Shown in pieces: positions 58,262 to 64,000 of a DNA stretch of 64,000 bases; position 1 is the stretch's first letter, and each line of letters opens with the position of its first letter. Location of the stretch: the NCBI GenBank assembly GCA_977018835.1, contig OZ361258.1, positions 1,922,001-1,986,000 of the forward strand, read 5' to 3'. This stretch comes from Minutocellus sp. GHC0000111. Taxonomy: Eukaryota. Below the pieces are notes generated by a model, which saw nothing but the letters and a program-made list of their open reading frames with translations, made no database searches and had not been told where the DNA came from. Made by a program: the position numbers and the translations under genes.

Positions 58262-60040
58262 CTATACAATGGTTCCATCGGCAGTAAATGAGAAAGACAG
58301 AGCAACTACTGCCAGTGCCAATGCACCGACTTGAGCAGACCGCGGCGCCGAAGAGGATGTCCCATCGTCTGAAGCACCGGCCTCACCTGTGTCACCGACA
58401 CCAGGAACAGGAGGAATAACACCAAAGACTCGCTCTACCTCCGAAATGGGTTCGGTCGTCAGAGTTCCAGCACACGCCGGGAAGAACCAGTTGGCACCGC
58501 ATACTCCAAGCGGCAACTTTTGCTTCGGATAGTAGTGCATGTACGACACGCACATTTCATCCTGACTGCCGTACCCATATTCAATAGCTTCCTTTGAGGA
58601 AGTCGTATTGAAACTGCAGCTGGTGCGAATGCTGTCTCCGGGTTTGATGGTGAATGTTCCCTGCTGAACTTCGTGAAGTCCTGCCTGATCAAAGTCAAAG
58701 TAGTCCACAGATGCACGGCGCATGACCTCGCCATCACGAATGACCTCGTTGAACATGGTGACGCCAACTTCGTGCATGTGAAGGACTTCCTTGTAGACCG
58801 TGACTTCCTCTTTGAAGTTGAGCGAGCAGGTCGATGGACAATTGAAATCGTGTCGAATCAAACCCTGCCCGATGGGCTCACCGGCGAGCTGCACGATTGG
58901 GTCGCCAAGCTGCAAGATACCGGCGTCGTGCTTTCTCTTTTGGGTGGTGTAGTAAATTCGCACACCACTCGAGTCGGAAATACCGGTATCTTGCCATCGG
59001 TTGTCGTAGTGATAATTCAGGTAAAACATTTTGTAACTATCCTCACCTGGGCCGAGAGGGACGCCGGCTTCGTCCGGCATCTCCCATGGGACTCCGCCGG
59101 GTGCGTATCCCCATGCAAAGCTCAAACCCCCCTGAAACGCCACGGCTGTCTGGTCGCAGCTGCCCTCCGGCAGATCACCGTCGTATCCACTCCCAAACAT
59201 GACCAGATGGTGCAGATGCCTGGCACTGTCGATGACGGGCTCAAATCCAATAATGTGCAGCGGTACGTCGGCGGGCATGCCAAGGTTGATCAGGTCCTGG
59301 TACGAGAAGCACAGGTCGACGTATTCGGTCTCGTCGAGCGATACGGGATGGTCCGGCATGAGCAGATCGATGTACCCCTCGGCCTCTTGTGCCATTTCCT
59401 CGGCAAAGACATCTTCTTCTCTGCCGCTGTTGCCATGGGCCGGGTAGAATCGCAGGGCCGACCGAGCACGGTTGTCACCATGGTACGACACGGTGGGAGT
59501 GTCCCCCCACGCGGCAATGACTCGATGCGGGGGGATGACGAACTCACCGTCGAATCCGATGGGTCGGTCCATGGCATCGCCGGTGTCCAACAGCCGTTCT
59601 GCCTCAAAGATGATGATGTTGCCGTCGGTTTGCGAATGGATCAAAAGCCAATCCTGACTATCGTCGGTCTTGGGCGCCACGTATTCGATGGCGTAGGCGT
59701 CCGTGAGTGTGTTGGTGGCAGCCTCAAACAGGACAATGTCGGCACCTTTCATGCCTCCGGCCTCCGCAAGGCCAAACCCCACCCATCCCGTGGCGGGGGC
59801 GGCGACCGCCAGGCGGATTGTACGCGTCGAGTCGTCAATGGTCCAGTGGACGGCGACGCCATCGCCTTCTGTTGTGCCGGATAGGAATGCCGAGTGTTCA
59901 AAGTTGGCTTCTCCGCGACTGGTCAGCCACGACACGTAGGGTGCATTGATGTCGGCGGAAAAGTATTCGGCTGGTGGGACGGCGGCGGCTGTAGCGCCGA
60001 TGAGGCAGACGCAGCTAGCGAGGAAGAGCAGATGCTTCAT
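58262..60040 (-). CDS. DOMON + copper type II ascorbate-dependent monooxygenase (DBH-like/MOXD1-like), secreted, probably GPI-anchored
   Basis: GWVGFG..GGMKGADIV, IAAWG..SYHG, HLHHLV, YHYDN, DSSGVR, LHMH, DEMC. Signal peptide and hydrophobic tail. Confidence 0.92.
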   Translation of the reverse strand: MKHLLFLASCVCLIGATAAAVPPAEYFSADINAPYVSWLTSRGEANFEHSAFLSGTTEGDGVAVHWTIDDSTRTIRLAVAAPATGWVGFGLAEAGGMKGADIVLFEAATNTLTDAYAIEYVAPKTDDSQDWLLIHSQTDGNIIIFEAERLLDTGDAMDRPIGFDGEFVIPPHRVIAAWGDTPTVSYHGDNRARSALRFYPAHGNSGREEDVFAEEMAQEAEGYIDLLMPDHPVSLDETEYVDLCFSYQDLINLGMPADVPLHIIGFEPVIDSARHLHHLVMFGSGYDGDLPEGSCDQTAVAFQGGLSFAWGYAPGGVPWEMPDEAGVPLGPGEDSYKMFYLNYHYDNRWQDTGISDSSGVRIYYTTQKRKHDAGILQLGDPIVQLAGEPIGQGLIRHDFNCPSTCSLNFKEEVTVYKEVLHMHEVGVTMFNEVIRDGEVMRRASVDYFDFDQAGLHEVQQGTFTIKPGDSIRTSCSFNTTSSKEAIEYGYGSQDEMCVSYMHYYPKQKLPLGVCGANWFFPACAGTLTTEPISEVERVFGVIPPVPGVGDTGEAGASDDGTSSSAPRSAQVGALALAVVALSFSFTADGTIV

Positions 60041-60645
60041 TATGCTGCGTTGTGGAAATAATATACCGCGGAACGAGCGCAGTAGGAGCCAATCAAAAAG
60101 TAAGTCCTGTTTCTTATGGGATCGATCAAGGAACCAGTTCGAAGTCCTCGGAAAGAAGGGCCTTCTCCTACTACTTTCGGCAATCGACTCGACGACTCGG
60201 AAGAGAGGGCAGAAAGCCAAATCAATATCAACTCCAATCTACACACAGTTCTAACCGTCAGCGATACGCCCAGTTTGCCTTCTTGGGGGAACTTGAGACT
60301 GGAACTCTCTCACACCAATTTGACTCAGCCAGGGGGCGGAAGAAAAAAAATGGGCCGATGCATGTTTCGCCAGGTGGTGGCCGGCCAGCCATGCTGCATC
60401 TATCTCACTTGCTTGTTTCCCCGCCAACTTCGCCGAGCAAAAAACAGCACATCTGCCTTGGCATGAATTGAGATCACAAATAAATGCGCGTCGCGCGGAA
60501 ATTGACCGCGGATTTCATCAGTCCCTTGCCGCGCCATTGTCATTGCCGCCATGGCCCTCGACCGGACAAATCGTCAGGGGTAGTAGCAGTAGCAATACCA
60601 AGAGAAGTTCATTCACTCCCAGCAGGGGAGGTCTTGCTGCAAATC

Positions 60646-63199
60646 ATGCCGCCAGCGCCCGCTACTACAAGTAAGGAGGATCAGCACGCCGACGAGCGGC
60701 ACAACGCAGACAGCACATCATCATGCCAGCAGAACGACGACGGCGGCGGCGAACCCCCCCTCCTCCTTCTGGGCGACCCCGCCGAAGATCCCAAGTGGCT
60801 GTCCCCCCCCGCTGTGCCTGATCCGGTCGCAGATCGAGGTATTCGCTGCCACTCCCGCCGACGTCGCCGATCGGAAGCGCCATCCCCCGACCGTCGGACA
60901 GGTGGGACTGCGGTGCATTTACTGCCGCCCGCCCCTCCGCCGGACCAACGCCACCTGCGCCAGGGGGGCGGTGTCGTTTCCCAAAAAGATCAGTCTGGTC
61001 CACCAGACCGTACGCAACTTCCAGCGCTACCACGTGCTGGACTGTCCGGACATGCCGGCCGACGTCAAGGGGCAGTTGGAGGCCTACGCCGACAAGAAGA
61101 AGCAGCATCAGAGCCGTCGGGACGGGGCCGCCGCCTACTGGGTCGACAGCTTCCGGTCGCTGGGGGTGAGGGATGTGGTCCACGTGGCTGCCTCAGATGG
61201 TGCTGGCGGTGCGGGGTCGATGAGGGAGGAGATCCGTTTCGTGGATGGAAAGGACGGCACGCCGCAGAGGGCGGCCTTCGATGACAACGGCGACACTTCT
61301 GCAGCAGGCGAGACCGGTAAGGTGGACATGGAGGCCATCAGGGCGAGGAGGGTGTACGTGCCGGTACCGTATGTTCGTAGTCGAGTGATGCCGCCCACTT
61401 TGCAAGATTCGTCCCCAACACATATTGCTGTTGGAAAACCCTCCAGTTCTCCCGATGTAGCAGCTCCTCAAGAGACGGCCCCAGCGCACAAGGAAGAGTC
61501 CCCCACTTCTCCTGGTGCAGTTCTACACAATGACGATGGGAAAATTGGTGATGATATCGACGACGCAGACTTCTTAGCTGATATCGACGATGATATGATT
61601 GGAAACGAATTGTCAACTCTACGTGCAGCTCTCGGTCCAGAGGAAGAAAAGGTTCTTTTTCAACAACAAACGGTTCCAATGGGAAATGCAGACTTGGAAG
61701 CGATGGCAGAAGAAACTACCAATTTGGCTTACAGCGAAGCAGAAAGCAACAATGTGTCGGGAACGCAAACATTGCAGGCACAGCCAGATCTTGACGGCGG
61801 GATTAACAAGAAGAAAAGCGGGCTCCTTTCACTTCCCAAGAAGGCTACTGCAAGCCTCAAACAGTTTATATCCCACCACCACCACCCTTCTCCGCCAGAT
61901 GAAACCGAAATCATAGAGTACGTTTCCAACGAGAGCAGTAAGAAGCGGCAACGTCGCCGCATATCGGACAAGGATATGGCCCCTTTCGATGATGAAGATG
62001 CTCCAGCAGGCTACACGGAACAAGATGAAGTGCGGGATATGGCATCTCTCAGCATTTCCGAGGTCATTGCCCGCGAGTCGGACCTTCGGGGGATCATGAG
62101 GCCTGGCAATCACAATCTTCTTTCTGCTCTACATGAATCTGATGTGTTGAAACGGCTGGACGACGAGATGGAGAATCTTCGCGAGGCAGATACCGCTGCA
62201 TACCGGGAGGCGCTGATCCGATGTCCCGACCAAGTGTCAGACGAACGGCGCATGCGCTTCGTTTACATTGCCTTTGGGGAGTTACCAGCCGGGGAAACGA
62301 GCAATTTGCTGCATTTCCTCGCCGATCCCAATCGAAAATGCACCACGCAATCACAACGAGATCAGGCCGCGCGAGTAGAAAGGCGGATACGAAAATTGAT
62401 GAAAGAGTGCGCTGAGGCTTTGGCCCGACACTGGCAGCTCCGGTATGATTTTTTTGGCCCCGATAGGTGCTTCCTCCCCATGACATTGAATGGTGCCATG
62501 CAAGATGAAGTCGACAACTTGGTCAATCGTTGTATCGTTCAGCTTCTTCCAGTCCCTGATAAGTCTGGTCGGCATATTGTGTACTCGGATTTAACTCGGC
62601 GCGACTTCAGCAAGTACAGCACCAAGCAAGAGTGCATGGCCTTCTTCTATTTCTACGAAGTTATTGCAGAAGATTTGGACTCCCTCCGTGCTGGCTTTAT
62701 CTCATTGCACAATTCGTTTGGGATTACCAAATCTTCTTTCAATAAATCAGCAAGAGAATTCGCTGCTAGGTCTGATGACTTTTCTCCCCTGGTTTGTAGA
62801 GCGTTGCATGTCGTGAACCCTAGTCCCATAGTGCACCACCTCATTCTACCTATCGTCAAGAATTTATTTGGGAAGTCCCTGCGTTTGCGTGTCGCTACGC
62901 ACAGAGGGCCGCCGGACAAGATACTGCGACAGCTAGAACATTATCGGCTTCCAAAAGAATGCATTCCCGTTGAGTTGGGAGGGTCGTTGCAGCTCGACAT
63001 GAAGGAATGGGTGACCAAACGCATGGAGGTCGAATCAGAACGTAGCAGGAAGTTGAACGCAAGTCCGGATAATCTTTCTGAACCAATGCGAACCAATCTT
63101 AGCCCTGCCATTGATGCCATTAGGCTCAACGAAACGTCTCCGATGCCAGAGGTGGAGTCGACAACCAAAAGGGCAAGAATAGGCAACCTCAACGACTAA
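60646..63199 (+). CDS. Protein with N-terminal GLRCxxC..H..C domain and C-terminal CRAL-TRIO (Sec14-like) domain; frameshift in C-run at about 60803-60810
   Basis: DPKWLSP|LCLIRSQIEVF..VGLRCIYC..AVSFP..FQRYHVLDCPDMP..YW. C-terminal AYREAL..P..V, HWQLRYDFFG, DKSGRHI, ALHVVN, CIPVELGG. Confidence 0.75.
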
Positions 63200-63286
63200 A
63201 TGAAAACTCTGACGATTTGATTTTACATACTGATTTTAGACTGTAAGATTTACCCCAAAATTAAACAAACATCAGATATCTTGTCG

Positions 63287-64000
63287 TTACTCTTTCTTAA
63301 CGTTACCATCCTCCCATCCCGGATCATAATAAAGCACCACTGATCGCCCCCCAAACCCCAAATCTTTCTTGCGGATCATAGCGTTCTTCAACATGATCCA
63401 CTCTATGAATTGTTCATAAGATCTCACATGTGTTTCACACGGCAGAGTCCTTTGGTCAAATATTTTCGGAAAGACGCAGCAAGGTACGACGGCAAAAGGC
63501 TTGTCCATAGACAACGCTGTATCAACAATGTCGCCAGTGGGTTGATCAGGGTGCAGTCCAATGATTATTGATGCTGATGCCAAAGTACTGGATACTTCCG
63601 TCGCAGGCGGAGATGCCTGGGCTTCTCCGATTCCACAGGGCTGACAAAACACAGGGTTATCTGCATTCGTTGCGGGACTTTCATTGTCATCGGTGTCAGA
63701 ATCACTTTCTCTGCCAGCTTCTTCGTGCTCGGCACAATAATCTTCCTCATGCCCACTGGCCGTGGCAGCCGGACCGACAAGAGCGGCCGCTTTCTTCGCC
63801 GACCTCACTAGGCGCTTATTTATATCCTCACTCTCCGGCGCAATCATCCAATCACCAAAGAACAGTCTCAAATGCCTTGGTGCCTTGCCAATAATGAGCT
63901 GATCATCACCAGTTTCATCACCACCTTCTCCTTCTACCAAGACATCATCCAGTCCAATACTATTGTACTTTTGTAAAGGAATAGTGCGGCGGTAGATTCC
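63287..64000 (-). CDS. 3' part of a SAM-dependent methyltransferase-like protein (continues beyond window)
   Basis: IIGLHPDQPT..IVD.AL...KPFAVVPCCVFP...L.FGGRS.VLY. Confidence 0.7.
   Translation of the reverse strand, partial: GIYRRTIPLQKYNSIGLDDVLVEGEGGDETGDDQLIIGKAPRHLRLFFGDWMIAPESEDINKRLVRSAKKAAALVGPAATASGHEEDYCAEHEEAGRESDSDTDDNESPATNADNPVFCQPCGIGEAQASPPATEVSSTLASASIIIGLHPDQPTGDIVDTALSMDKPFAVVPCCVFPKIFDQRTLPCETHVRSYEQFIEWIMLKNAMIRKKDLGFGGRSVVLYYDPGWEDGNVKKE

Noticed and set aside
60800..60812. Programmed ribosomal frameshifting in several genes (also near 33820, 34920 and 27703)
   Set aside because: The shifts lie in short homopolymers without consistent slippery heptamers; sequencing indels or decay are simpler explanations.

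Overview
This is eukaryotic nuclear DNA, most likely from a diatom or related ochrophyte. The evidence is GT-AG spliceosomal introns, several signal peptide plus ASAF-type plastid presequences, and a diatom-type zeaxanthin epoxidase. About 25 host genes or gene relics are present: a CTD small phosphatase, dapL, a HECT E3 ligase, ZEP, F-box and LRV-repeat proteins, a PfkB kinase, an SDR, a Cys-less pentameric ligand-gated channel, an SGNH-like protein, a sirtuin, a fucolectin-domain protein, a sulfotransferase, a DOMON/DBH-like monooxygenase and a CRAL-TRIO protein. They are interleaved with DNA transposons: a 747-bp MITE in a dapL intron, a 4.4-kb TTAA-flanked Kolobok element (transposase plus KolX) with a second copy of its left end 1.9 kb upstream, a 4.05-kb two-gene mariner-like element, and relics of hAT/BED and Transib/Chapaev-like elements. 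Two patterns stand out. (1) Repeat-derived segments are almost devoid of TpA, and Tyr codons appear converted to Cys/His. This suggests a repeat-targeted TpA->TpG/CpA hypermutation, the mirror image of fungal RIP. (2) An unusually large share of host genes carry lesions (an internal deletion, stops, broken splice sites, lost 5' ends), although some single-base frameshifts may be assembly errors. All family assignments come from motif recognition by eye; no database searches were run.
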